Below are positions 6,836 to 15,624 of a stretch of DNA of 32,000 bases, in pieces (the first letter of the stretch is position 1; each line of letters starts with the position of its first letter). The notes below the pieces were generated by a model that saw only the letters and a program-made list of their open reading frames with translations, did no database searches and was not told the origin of the DNA. The position numbers and the translations under genes were made by a program. The DNA is from Bacillota bacterium. GTDB taxonomy: Bacteria; Bacillota; Clostridia; Lutisporales; Lutisporaceae. The DNA lies in NCBI GenBank assembly GCA_035375865.1, contig DAOSQO010000003.1, forward strand, positions 677 through 32,676. The letters are read 5' to 3'.

Positions 6836-9565
6836 TTATTTATTAAGCTCCCTCAAGCCTGCCAGTACCTTTTCCGGATATGCAGGCAAATGCTTTATAC
6901 GAACACCGCAGGCATCATATATTGCATTTATTACTGAGGCATGGGGTGCGGAAAGGGGCATTTCCCCAACGCCGGAAGCCCCGAAGGGTCCATTGGGTCT
7001 TGGAGTCTCCTGATGGATAATAACAATATTGTCCGGTACGTCCATGACCTGGGGGATACCACAGCCTGTAAGAGTCATATGTTTTTTCAGGTCTTCGAAA
7101 TCCTCGCTCAATGCCAGGCCTATTCCCTGTGCAAGCCCGCCGTATATCTGTCCTTCTATTACCGGCTTATTTATTATTGTACCGCAGTCCGATACAATAG
7201 TCATTTTTTCCACAGTAGTTTTTCCTGTTATTGTATCCACTGCCACTTCCGTCATAAGTACCCCGTACATATAGGCAGAGAATGGGTTGCCCTGTCCTGT
7301 GGCAACATCACATGCCGTATTGGGGGCAGTCCATTTGCCTTCATGTCTTAAGGGCAATCCCTCTGCAACCATTTCATCATAAGTCCTGTAACTGCCGTCT
7401 GATTTCCTCATGGCTCCCATAAGATTTCTGCAGCCTGCCCCAATCGCATTTCCTGTAACAACATTCTGGCGGCTCCCCCCTGAGGGTCCGCTGTTGGGTG
7501 TAACCCTCATATCATTCAAAACCAATTTGATATTTTCAGGTCTTATGCCAAGAGGTCTCAAGGATTCGTAGGCATGGGTCAAAGCTCCCATATCTGCTCC
7601 CTGCCCATGGTCCTCCCATGAAGCGCCTATCGTTACCCCTTCCCTGGTCAACTCTGCCCATATCTCTGAGGAGTCGGCACCGTCAAGGCCGCAGCCATAC
7701 ATATTAAGGGATATTCCCACTCCGTACCTGATATCTCCGCCGTTCTTATTCTTCTCCCGGGCCTTTTCTTTTGCTTCTTTGTATAAGGGCCTTATTTTAT
7801 CGATGGCTTGTGGAAATGCAATAACATCAGGTGCACATCCGGTCGGAGTCGTTGAGCCTTCTCTATATACATTCAGGTATCTGAATTCCAGGGGGTCCAT
7901 TCCAATTTTTTCAGCCATCATGTCTGACAGTACCTCTGTTGCAAACAAACTCTGGGGCGATCCGTAAGATCTGAAAGCCGAGCCCCATGCATGATTCGTC
8001 GCTACGGTTCTTCCTGTGCCCCTGCTGTTTGGAATGTCATAACCGGCGCCTATGAACTGGGTACCTCTCATGGTAACAAGGTCTCCAAACTCACAATATG
8101 GCCCGTGATCAACCGACCAGTCGGCTTCCATTGCTTTCAGCCTGCCCCCTTTATCGGCTCCATACTTAAGATGGATGAAGAATGGGGATCTTTTGCCCGT
8201 GTAAGTTATTTGCTGATACATATTAAACTCAAGGAATACCGGTCTCTTGGACACCAGCGCGGCTACCCCCAGCAGTGCTTCATTGGTGGGACTGAATTTA
8301 TATCCGAAAGTGCCCCCGGTCGGATTCTGTACTATAAAAAACTTATCAGGAGCTACACCGATGCCTTCTGCCGTCATCAAATGGTGGAAATGCATTGCTA
8401 TGCTCTTTGAGTGGACAATCAGATTTCCTTCTTCATCAATATAAGCAAAGCCTACATCCGGCTCCAGTACAAGGTGCGGCTGCCTCCCAACATAAAAGTC
8501 ATCCTCTATGACATAAGGCAGGCTTTCCATCAAAGGTACGGTATCCTGACCCTTGACCCTATGAGTTTCAAAATAGATATTGGGCGTACCCGGATGTATT
8601 TCTATAGCATCCTCAGCCATGGCTTCGGGTGCGCTCATATAGGCAGGCAGCTCCTCCAGCTCAACCTTTACCATTTTGGCAGCTTCTTCTGCCTGCACCG
8701 GGGTATCTGCAAGCACCATAGCAAGTGCATCTCCAAATTGGAACACTTTCTTGTCATTGAGTATCGGCCTTTCTTTGCCGTCTCCCTTATTCTGAGGAAA
8801 TGCGAGGCCGTTGATCCGGTTTGTCCCGGGTACATCCTTATAAGTGATGACTTTGAATACACCGGGCATTTTTTCAGCTTCCGAAGTGTCTATAGACAGT
8901 ATATTGGCATGAGATACTTTTGCCTGAACTAATTTAATATGAAGAGTGTTTTCAGGAAGCTTCAGTCCTAAGTCCGCCCCGAAATCCCATGTGCCCATTA
9001 CCTTTGCAAGGGCGGAGGGGCGTATTGCGTTGGATCCCAGCATGCTTGCGCCTTCCTTCAGTTTGAACCACAGATCTTCCATCTTGATTTCTCCCCTGAG
9101 GATTTTAGCAGCATCCATAACGGCGTCAACCAACTGTATGTACCCTGTACATCTGCATACGTTTCTGTTTTTTTGGAACCATTCCCTTACCTCATTTCTT
9201 GCAGGGTTTACATTCTGGTCAAGTAAGGCCTTTGCGGACATAATGAAGCCCGGCGTACAGAATCCGCACTGCGCACCGCCGTGTACCATCCATGCCAGCT
9301 GCAGCGGATGAAGATTTTCCTGTGAGCCTATGCCTTCAATTGTAATGATCTGCGCTTCATCAGGGACATTTTTCATCTTTAGGATACAAGACCTTACCAC
9401 TTTGCCGTCCATGATGACCGTGCATGACCCGCATTCGCCTTTCCCGCAGCCGACTTTGGTTCCGGTAAGGCATAGCTGTTTTCTCACATACTGCGCCAAA
9501 GTTGTCTCCGGATCTGCAATCACGGTTCTTTCAACACCGTTGACAAATAATTTCCTCTTAAGCAT
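6836..9565 (-). CDS. Molybdenum aldehyde oxidoreductase, MOP type (xanthine-oxidase family, two [2Fe-2S] domains, no FAD domain)
   Basis: 909-aa single chain. N-terminal CGKGECGSCTV (plant-type 2Fe-2S), then GAQCGFCTPG and CRCTGY (second 2Fe-2S). The large Mo-pterin binding domains follow directly with no FAD domain. AGGAGG RBS. Confidence 0.9.
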   Translation of the reverse strand: MLKRKLFVNGVERTVIADPETTLAQYVRKQLCLTGTKVGCGKGECGSCTVIMDGKVVRSCILKMKNVPDEAQIITIEGIGSQENLHPLQLAWMVHGGAQCGFCTPGFIMSAKALLDQNVNPARNEVREWFQKNRNVCRCTGYIQLVDAVMDAAKILRGEIKMEDLWFKLKEGASMLGSNAIRPSALAKVMGTWDFGADLGLKLPENTLHIKLVQAKVSHANILSIDTSEAEKMPGVFKVITYKDVPGTNRINGLAFPQNKGDGKERPILNDKKVFQFGDALAMVLADTPVQAEEAAKMVKVELEELPAYMSAPEAMAEDAIEIHPGTPNIYFETHRVKGQDTVPLMESLPYVIEDDFYVGRQPHLVLEPDVGFAYIDEEGNLIVHSKSIAMHFHHLMTAEGIGVAPDKFFIVQNPTGGTFGYKFSPTNEALLGVAALVSKRPVFLEFNMYQQITYTGKRSPFFIHLKYGADKGGRLKAMEADWSVDHGPYCEFGDLVTMRGTQFIGAGYDIPNSRGTGRTVATNHAWGSAFRSYGSPQSLFATEVLSDMMAEKIGMDPLEFRYLNVYREGSTTPTGCAPDVIAFPQAIDKIRPLYKEAKEKAREKNKNGGDIRYGVGISLNMYGCGLDGADSSEIWAELTREGVTIGASWEDHGQGADMGALTHAYESLRPLGIRPENIKLVLNDMRVTPNSGPSGGSRQNVVTGNAIGAGCRNLMGAMRKSDGSYRTYDEMVAEGLPLRHEGKWTAPNTACDVATGQGNPFSAYMYGVLMTEVAVDTITGKTTVEKMTIVSDCGTIINKPVIEGQIYGGLAQGIGLALSEDFEDLKKHMTLTGCGIPQVMDVPDNIVIIHQETPRPNGPFGASGVGEMPLSAPHASVINAIYDACGVRIKHLPAYPEKVLAGLRELNK

Positions 9566-9593
9566 TACGTTTCCTCCTTTTTTTATTTATTTA

Positions 9594-9613
9594 CTGTATC
9601 AAGTTTGATACAG
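9594..9613 (-). promoter_or_regulatory. Perfect 20-bp palindrome in the oxidoreductase leader (candidate operator or 5'-UTR hairpin)
   Basis: CTGTATCAA-GT-TTGATACAG, located 29-48 nt upstream of the ATG at 9565. Confidence 0.3.
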
Positions 9614-9630
9614 CCCTCCCTTAGTCAAAT

Positions 9631-9671
9631 CCGCAATTTGAATATGCGGCTTTGCAATTTAGTATTGCAAA
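9631..9671 (-). promoter_or_regulatory. Cluster of GCAATTT/ATTGCAA half-sites (candidate operator)
   Basis: CCGCAATTTGAATATGCGG (5-bp stem), followed by TTTGCAAT-ttagt-ATTGCAAA (8-bp perfect inverted repeat). Confidence 0.3.
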
Positions 9672-10037
9672 TTCTATGCCATAACCATAAGCTAGTGCTT
9701 TCAACAGTTTTTGGAAACTTGAAAATGAATACTGTTCGCTATTTGCACATTTTTCTGTGCTGCTGCTCATTTTTTGAGCATCATATAATACATTGATTTA
9801 TGTCATTCAGGCAATTTGATTACGCAAGCAAGGTCGAGGAGTTTGCCCTTGTCCAATATAGTCTTTCCACCTACAACCACAGTAGGGGAGAGAATGACTC
9901 CGTCAAGAGTGCGCGCCATCAAATCTACGGTGATCAACGGCATTGAAGCAATAGCCGCAGGTATGCTTCCAAAACGTTTGACTTGACAGTATCCATTCGC
10001 AATCATTAATGGAGCTGTAGCGTTTTATAAATGCCTG

Positions 10038-10046
10038 TGTTATAAT
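10038..10046 (+). promoter_or_regulatory. Extended -10 promoter (TGtTATAAT) for the rubrerythrin-like gene
   Basis: TGTTATAAT lies about 25 nt upstream of ATG 10071. The -35 is poor. Confidence 0.45.
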
Positions 10047-10070
10047 AACGAATGAAAGGAGGGATTATGG

Positions 10071-10526
10071 ATGACTCATGAGGAGTACAAAAGAATAATC
10101 TCATATGCAATTAAAAACGAAGAAGACGCTTATTTGTTTTACAGGGATGTCGCACAAAAATCCAAGGATAAGAACATTTCCTCATTGTTTGAAGGCTTTG
10201 CAAAGGATGAACTATCTCACAAGGTTTTATTGGAAGGATATCTTTCCGGTTCGGTAAAATCATTGAAATTTGCAACCACTTCCGACTATAAGGTTGCGGA
10301 ATCAATTGATAAGCCAAAGCTTTCCATCGATATGAAACCATCGGATGCCATAGCTTTAGCTATGAAAAATGAAGAGGAAGCAATGAACATGTATATAGAG
10401 TTTGCAGGCTTAAGCAATGATCCGGATCAAAAGGAAACGTTCCTTGACTTAGCGGAAATGGAGAAAGGTCATAAGGCCAAACTGGAAGATTTATATGTAA
10501 GCGCTGCTTTCCCAGAAGCCTGGTAG
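10071..10526 (+). CDS. Rubrerythrin/ferritin-like diiron protein (no rubredoxin domain)
   Basis: Two ExxH-type helices: NEEDAYLFY...KDELSHK and NEEEAMNMY...EMEKGHK. AGGAGGG RBS. Confidence 0.8.
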   Translation: MTHEEYKRIISYAIKNEEDAYLFYRDVAQKSKDKNISSLFEGFAKDELSHKVLLEGYLSGSVKSLKFATTSDYKVAESIDKPKLSIDMKPSDAIALAMKNEEEAMNMYIEFAGLSNDPDQKETFLDLAEMEKGHKAKLEDLYVSAAFPEAW

Positions 10527-10530
10527 TATT

Positions 10531-10556
10531 AAGGGACAAGGAATACCTTGTCCCTT
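10531..10556 (+). terminator. Hairpin terminator after the rubrerythrin gene
   Basis: AAGGGACAAGG-aata-CCTTGTCCCTT, a perfect 11-bp stem. The T-tail is weak. Confidence 0.5.
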
Positions 10557-10656
10557 AACAGCTTTATTACTTCTCTGATTGCAGATTTTAATAAACTGGA
10601 CTAGAATAATAATTACAGAATTCTTGTTATATAAAAATATATTCAGGGTATTCAAA

Positions 10657-12330
10657 ATGATAGATATATATAGGAATTTATTAAACAATTTAATCTATGT
10701 AATAATATTGGCCTTTATTATTTCAAATCTTTCAATATTTAAGAAAATAATCCTTAAGGATGAGTTTAAAGGCTCCGACCTTATTGTATTATCTGTAATC
10801 TTTGCGATTTTTGGAATAATAAGCACATACGCCGGCACAGATGTGTATGGTGCGATAGCCAATACAAGAATAATAGGAATATTGGCGGGAGGTATACTTT
10901 TTGGTCCTTTTGTGGGCATTGTGTCCGGCATGATAGCCGGTCTTCATAGATTTCTTTATGATATCGGCGGCATAACCTCGATCCCTTGTGCGATATCGAC
11001 AGTTCTCGCCGGATGCCTTTCTGCTTTTATATATAAGAAAGGTATTAGGTTTGAGAAATGGCTATATGGACTTATTGGCGGAGTTTTTGTCGAAAGCCTT
11101 GAAATGCTTCTGATATTGATTATATCCAAACCTTACATTAGTGCACTTAAAATTGTGAAAAGCATATATTTCCCCATGAGTTTGACTAATGCCCTTGGTA
11201 TAAGCATCCTTATACTTCTGATACAGAAAAGCTTCAGTGAAAAAGAACAGATGGCTGCGAAACAGGCCCAATTGGCTCTTGAAATTGCGAATAAGACTCT
11301 TCCGTATTTCAGAGAGATAAACAGTGATTCCCTGAGAAAAATATGTTCAATAATAAAGGACTCTACAGGGGCCGCTGCAGTCTCAATTACTGACAAAACA
11401 ACAATTCTGGCCCATGAAGGGCTGGGTTCGGATCACCATGTCAGCGGAGATCCTATCCGGACCTCAGCAACAAAACAGGTTATTAAAGACGGTCAAATGC
11501 GCATATTGAATTCTCCGGAAGAAATTGAATGTTCATCGGAAGACTGTCAGCTAAAATCTGCACTTGTCGTACCGCTGAAAGAAAGGGAAGAGATTACAGG
11601 CACACTAAAATTATATTATGCTAAAGGGAACGGAATATCCTTTACCCATGAAAAGCTGGCCATAGGATTATCCCAATTGATATCGACTCAGCTTGAAATA
11701 AGCAAAGTCGGCAAGCTTAAGGAATTGGCTGCCAAAGCAGAAGTCAAGGCCCTCCAGGCTCAAATCAATCCGCACTTCCTATTTAACGCACTAAACACCA
11801 TAATAGCTCTTTTAAGAATCAACCCGGATAATGCCAGAGAATTGATCGTCAGCCTGTCATCCTATTTAAGGTATAACATAGAGGAAACAAGCACTTTCGT
11901 AGATATAAGCAAAGAACTTCAACAGGTTAAATCCTATGTGGAAATAGAAAAGGCAAGGTTTGGGGATAAACTTAAAGTGACCTATGATATTGATGAAAGC
12001 ATCCATGTTAAGATTCCTTCCCTTACCATACAGCCTATTGTTGAGAATTCAATAAAACATGGGATACTGAAAGGTTCCGGCTCAGGAAACGTCAGGATAT
12101 GCGTAAGAAGACACAACTCAAGTGAAGTCAAGGTTGTAATAGAGGATGACGGCACCGGTATCCCCCAGGCTATCATTGACAGAATATACTCAGGGGCGGT
12201 TTGTGAAAATAAAATAGGCATGTCCAATGTAGATGCCAGACTTCGTCATATTTATAATACGGGACTTACCATTGAGCGCCCCGAAGTCGGCACAAAAATC
12301 AGTTTTGTCCTTAGTGACAATAGTAAGTAG
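10657..12330 (+). CDS. LytS/BtsS-type sensor histidine kinase (5TMR-LYT membrane domain, GAF-like, His_kinase, HATPase)
   Basis: A multi-TM N-terminus, then the LytS-type phosphoacceptor box ALQAQINPHFLFNALNTI, the N-box QPIVENSIKHG and the G-box DDGTGI. The start is moved to ATG 10657 (MIDIYRNLL). The track's extension upstream is AT-rich leader. Confidence 0.85.
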   Translation: MIDIYRNLLNNLIYVIILAFIISNLSIFKKIILKDEFKGSDLIVLSVIFAIFGIISTYAGTDVYGAIANTRIIGILAGGILFGPFVGIVSGMIAGLHRFLYDIGGITSIPCAISTVLAGCLSAFIYKKGIRFEKWLYGLIGGVFVESLEMLLILIISKPYISALKIVKSIYFPMSLTNALGISILILLIQKSFSEKEQMAAKQAQLALEIANKTLPYFREINSDSLRKICSIIKDSTGAAAVSITDKTTILAHEGLGSDHHVSGDPIRTSATKQVIKDGQMRILNSPEEIECSSEDCQLKSALVVPLKEREEITGTLKLYYAKGNGISFTHEKLAIGLSQLISTQLEISKVGKLKELAAKAEVKALQAQINPHFLFNALNTIIALLRINPDNARELIVSLSSYLRYNIEETSTFVDISKELQQVKSYVEIEKARFGDKLKVTYDIDESIHVKIPSLTIQPIVENSIKHGILKGSGSGNVRICVRRHNSSEVKVVIEDDGTGIPQAIIDRIYSGAVCENKIGMSNVDARLRHIYNTGLTIERPEVGTKISFVLSDNSK

Positions 12331-12365
12331 CAAGTCTGTTCCGGTATTAAGATAGGGGTGAGCCC

Positions 12366-13064
12366 ATGAATTGCATTATAGTGGATGATGAATTTCCATC
12401 CATACAAGAATTAAGCTATTTTATCACAAACTTCAGTTCAATAAAAATAACAGAATTCTTTGACGACAGCATCAAAGCTCTTGAATACGTCCAAAGGCAT
12501 CCTGTGGATGTGATTTTTCTTGATATAAATATGCCAAAGCTTGACGGCATGGCATTCAGCAGGGTGATAAATACAATGGCTGCAAAACCTATATTCGTAT
12601 TTATAAGTGCTTATAGCGAATATGCCCTTGAAGCTTTTGAAGTTGCAGCTTTTGATTATATTTTGAAGCCTTATTCGGAAAACAGAATGATTAGCACGCT
12701 GCAAAGGCTTGAAAACAGCTCTCCTAAGTGCAGCAACGACAAGATGACTTTATGGGGAAGTGACAAATTAACCGTATTGAATATAAGTGATATATACTAT
12801 TGTGAAGCGCACGAGCATGAGATCCATGTATATACAAAGGATGATCGGTTTATAGTATCCTCAGGTATTTCCGGTTTCCAAAAAAGGCTGCCTAAAAATA
12901 TCTTTTTCAGATGTCACCGTTCTTATATTGTAAATATTGATAAAATAAAAGAGATTATCCCTTGGTTTAACAATACGTATATGCTTAAGCTTAAGGGATT
13001 GGATTCGGAAATTCCCGTAAGCAGAAAAAATATCATTTCATTTAAAAGACTAATGGGCATATAA
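12366..13064 (+). CDS. LytTR-family response regulator
   Basis: Receiver domain (IIVDDE...DVIFLDINMPKLDG...ISAY) plus a C-terminal LytTR domain (FFRCHRSYIVNIDKI). Confidence 0.9.
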   Translation: MNCIIVDDEFPSIQELSYFITNFSSIKITEFFDDSIKALEYVQRHPVDVIFLDINMPKLDGMAFSRVINTMAAKPIFVFISAYSEYALEAFEVAAFDYILKPYSENRMISTLQRLENSSPKCSNDKMTLWGSDKLTVLNISDIYYCEAHEHEIHVYTKDDRFIVSSGISGFQKRLPKNIFFRCHRSYIVNIDKIKEIIPWFNNTYMLKLKGLDSEIPVSRKNIISFKRLMGI

Positions 13065-13093
13065 ATGCATTTTATGTGCCCATTTTGTTATTT
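13055..13093 (+). terminator. Rho-independent terminator overlapping the response-regulator stop
   Basis: GGGCATAT / ATGTGCCC stem (one G.U pair), 11-nt loop, then ATTTTGTTATTT. Confidence 0.55.
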
Positions 13094-13232
13094 AATGTAT
13101 TTTTTAACGTAGGCATGCAAATTAGCTTTATAATTGTAGCTGAAGAAACATATCCAATCCTCGTTACAGTCAGCGTTTAAATAAGCGGAATGACACATGT
13201 AACTATACTAAATCTTAATTTAGGGGAATAGA

Positions 13233-13736
13233 ATGGAATACGAGAAATATATTGCCATATTAAAATCAAAATTCGAAAGACATTTTAATATTGATACGGA
13301 TATTATAGTATTCGGAATCAAAATTGACATGTTTGCAAGGTTCGCAGATGTCAGAGCAAGAACATTCATTACCAAAAATGACGTAATAGACAAATATGAA
13401 AACTATGAATACTGTTATATCAAGAAATACGATAATATCACCGAAGAAGAAGTATGCGCCTATGGACAGTTTTTAAAAAAAGTTGCGGATGAACGTATTG
13501 AACCGGGTAAAGACCATATGAGCACAAATGTTACGGGGGTTATGATAGGAAATAACATTAGCAGCAATGCAAAGAAACATATAGAAAAATATAGATACAG
13601 TAAAGTATATTCATTCTATTTAAAAGGTTGGTGCGACGTAAGGCTTATTTGTATAGGCCTTGACAATAATGAGGTTGTTACAAATAAAGCCGGCAAAAAA
13701 GTTAAAATGGTTTATCAATCTGCACTCTCGGAATAG
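13233..13736 (+). CDS. Hypothetical soluble protein (167 aa), no recognisable motif
   Basis: Clean ORF with an AGGGGAA RBS, between the LytTR regulator and cstA. No TM segments and no family recognised. Confidence 0.55.
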   Translation: MEYEKYIAILKSKFERHFNIDTDIIVFGIKIDMFARFADVRARTFITKNDVIDKYENYEYCYIKKYDNITEEEVCAYGQFLKKVADERIEPGKDHMSTNVTGVMIGNNISSNAKKHIEKYRYSKVYSFYLKGWCDVRLICIGLDNNEVVTNKAGKKVKMVYQSALSE

Positions 13737-13820
13737 AAGCTTTAGTAATGCTTTGTTTGAGTACCAAATGTTTCAGCATTTTTTCATTGCAGGAATCGCT
13801 GGTTTATCATTAGGGCATAA

Positions 13821-13839
13821 AGGAAATCCATGATTTCCT
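13821..13839 (+). promoter_or_regulatory. Palindrome in the cstA leader/promoter
   Basis: AGGAAATC-cat-GATTTCCT, located 29-47 nt upstream of ATG 13868. Confidence 0.25.
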
Positions 13840-13867
13840 GTGCATAATTATAAAAGGAGGTTTTTCA

Positions 13868-15505
13868 ATGAACTCATTAGTTTTATTAATTATCGGTGCT
13901 ATATTGTTTCTCGCCGCCTATGCTTCTTATGGAAGCTACCTGGCGAAACAGTGGGGAATCGACCCGGATAAGAAAACTCCAGCGTGCGCTCTCAGGGATG
14001 ATGTTGACTATTGTCCCGCAAATGCCAAAGTGCTCCTGGGGCACCATTTCTCATCCATAGCCGGTGCAGGCCCAATTACAGGCCCTATACAGGCCGCTAT
14101 ATTCGGATGGCTGCCTGTGTATCTGTGGATTGTTCTTGGAAGTATGTTTGTCGGCGGTGTCCATGACTGGGGCTCACTTTTTTCATCGGTCAGACACGGA
14201 GGTAAGTCTATAGGTGAGATAATAAGAGTGAACATCGGTGAAACCGGCAAAAAGCTCTTCAACTACTTTGCATATCTTACATTAATATTGGTTGTTGCAG
14301 CATTTACAGACATTTGTGCAGGCACCTTCGCTTTTGATCCGGCAAAACCTGAGGTACTGACAGGAGCCAGGGCAGGTACTGCGTCAATCCTCTTTATATT
14401 CCTTGCTATGGGCTTTGGCTATTTTGTCTACAGGAAAGGGGCAAGGCTGTCTGTATCTACCGTAACAGGCGTAGCTTTACTGTTCTTCTGCATATGGATA
14501 GGCTACCAGTTCCCTGTCCTTAAGTTTTCCAAATTAACATGGGATATAATAATGATTGTTTACATTTTTGCAGCTTCAACAATGCCTGTTTGGCTTCTTT
14601 TGCAGCCCAGAGATTATCTATGCTCCTTTCTGTTATATGCAATGCTTGCGGGAGCGATTCTGGGCATCCTGCTTGTAAGACCTGCAATGGCTATACCTGC
14701 AGTTACAGGCTTCAAAATCGGTGAAGGCGCAAAGGCCCAGTATCTCTTCCCAATGCTGTTTGTTACTGTAGCCTGCGGTGCAGTATCCGGCTTCCACTCA
14801 CTGGTCAGCTCCGGCACAACCTCAAAGCAGGTGGAAAATGAAAAGGATACAAAGCTTATCGGCTATGGTGCAATGCTCATTGAAGGATTGGTCGCAATAG
14901 TAGCGCTTATCTCGGTTTCTTATGTGGCGGGAGCCAAAGGAACACCTGCCCAGATATTTTCCACCGGTGTTGCAGAATTTATGAGCAAGTTTGGAATTCC
15001 CACTTCTGTTGGCAGTGTATTTGTAATACTTGCATTCTCCGCATTTGCATTGACAAGCCTTGATACCGCAACAAGAATAGGCCGTTATATGTTCCAGGAA
15101 ATGACTGTAAAAGCAGACGGTACAAAATCACCCCTGAATAATATGTATACGGCAACTGCTATAACCGTCGGCTTGTCGGCATTGCTGCTTTCATACGGGT
15201 ACCAGAAGATATGGCCTATATTTGGTTCTGCGAACCAGCTGCTTGCTGGGCTTTCACTTCTTGCAGTTTCGGCATGGCTTGCCAAGTCCGGTAAGAAGAA
15301 TCATATGACTGTAATACCAATGGTATTCATGTTTGCGGTTACGCTTACGGCTCTCATATTTGTGGCCAAAACCAACTTTGCCGGCGGCAACTTTATTATC
15401 GGAGCCTTAGCTGCTATCCTCTTTGTATTGGCAATAGTGTTGATTACAACCTCAATAAAAATATTCTCCGGAGATAAACCCAAGGATCAGAATGTAAACG
15501 CATAA
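13868..15505 (+). CDS. cstA: Carbon starvation protein CstA family transporter (peptide/pyruvate-type)
   Basis: Polytopic protein with the CstA hallmark N-terminus: ...VLLGHHFSSIAGAGPITGPIQAAIFGWLP...WIVLGSMFVGGVHD. AAGGAGG RBS. Confidence 0.9.
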   Translation: MNSLVLLIIGAILFLAAYASYGSYLAKQWGIDPDKKTPACALRDDVDYCPANAKVLLGHHFSSIAGAGPITGPIQAAIFGWLPVYLWIVLGSMFVGGVHDWGSLFSSVRHGGKSIGEIIRVNIGETGKKLFNYFAYLTLILVVAAFTDICAGTFAFDPAKPEVLTGARAGTASILFIFLAMGFGYFVYRKGARLSVSTVTGVALLFFCIWIGYQFPVLKFSKLTWDIIMIVYIFAASTMPVWLLLQPRDYLCSFLLYAMLAGAILGILLVRPAMAIPAVTGFKIGEGAKAQYLFPMLFVTVACGAVSGFHSLVSSGTTSKQVENEKDTKLIGYGAMLIEGLVAIVALISVSYVAGAKGTPAQIFSTGVAEFMSKFGIPTSVGSVFVILAFSAFALTSLDTATRIGRYMFQEMTVKADGTKSPLNNMYTATAITVGLSALLLSYGYQKIWPIFGSANQLLAGLSLLAVSAWLAKSGKKNHMTVIPMVFMFAVTLTALIFVAKTNFAGGNFIIGALAAILFVLAIVLITTSIKIFSGDKPKDQNVNA

Positions 15506-15534
15506 ACAGTCTGTTATTTAATACTTCAACAATT

Positions 15535-15587
15535 AGCCAGGAGTAATTTTGGCAAAACAACACAATATACTCCTGGCTATTTTTTTA
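15535..15587 (+). terminator. Rho-independent terminator after cstA
   Basis: AGCCAGGAGTA ... TACTCCTGGCT (11-bp stem), followed by ATTTTTTT. Confidence 0.65.
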
Positions 15588-15624
15588 ACAACCCAACTAT
15601 AACTTTCGGAGGTACAAGCACATT

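Noticed and set aside
843-9311. Many plus-strand ORFs of 60-170 aa in the track (for example 843-1115, 2313-2768, 5013-5369, 6941-7351, 7991-8410, 8411-8932, 8946-9311) lying antisense to the long minus-strand genes.
   Set aside because: - These are shadow ORFs inside well-supported genes with clear motifs on the opposite strand.
- Their translations are low-complexity and rich in Ser, Leu, Phe, Cys and Ile.
- They have no RBSs.
9803-10006. A 67-aa minus-strand ORF in the oxidoreductase/rubrerythrin intergenic region. It has a faint TOBE/molbindin-like flavour (…GKLLDLACVIKL), tempting in a molybdenum context.
   Set aside because: - There is no Shine-Dalgarno sequence upstream of the only possible start (CTACAGCTCCATTA-ATG).
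- A stop lies 7 codons upstream.
- The hallmark SARN motif is absent and the similarity is too weak to call by eye.
- At best it is a decayed remnant. A profile search could settle this.
10579-10656. The N-terminal extension of the LytS-like ORF in the track (start at 10579).
   Set aside because: - It is AT-rich leader-like sequence lying shortly (about 22 nt) after the rubrerythrin terminator.
- The membrane domain begins at the ATG at 10657.
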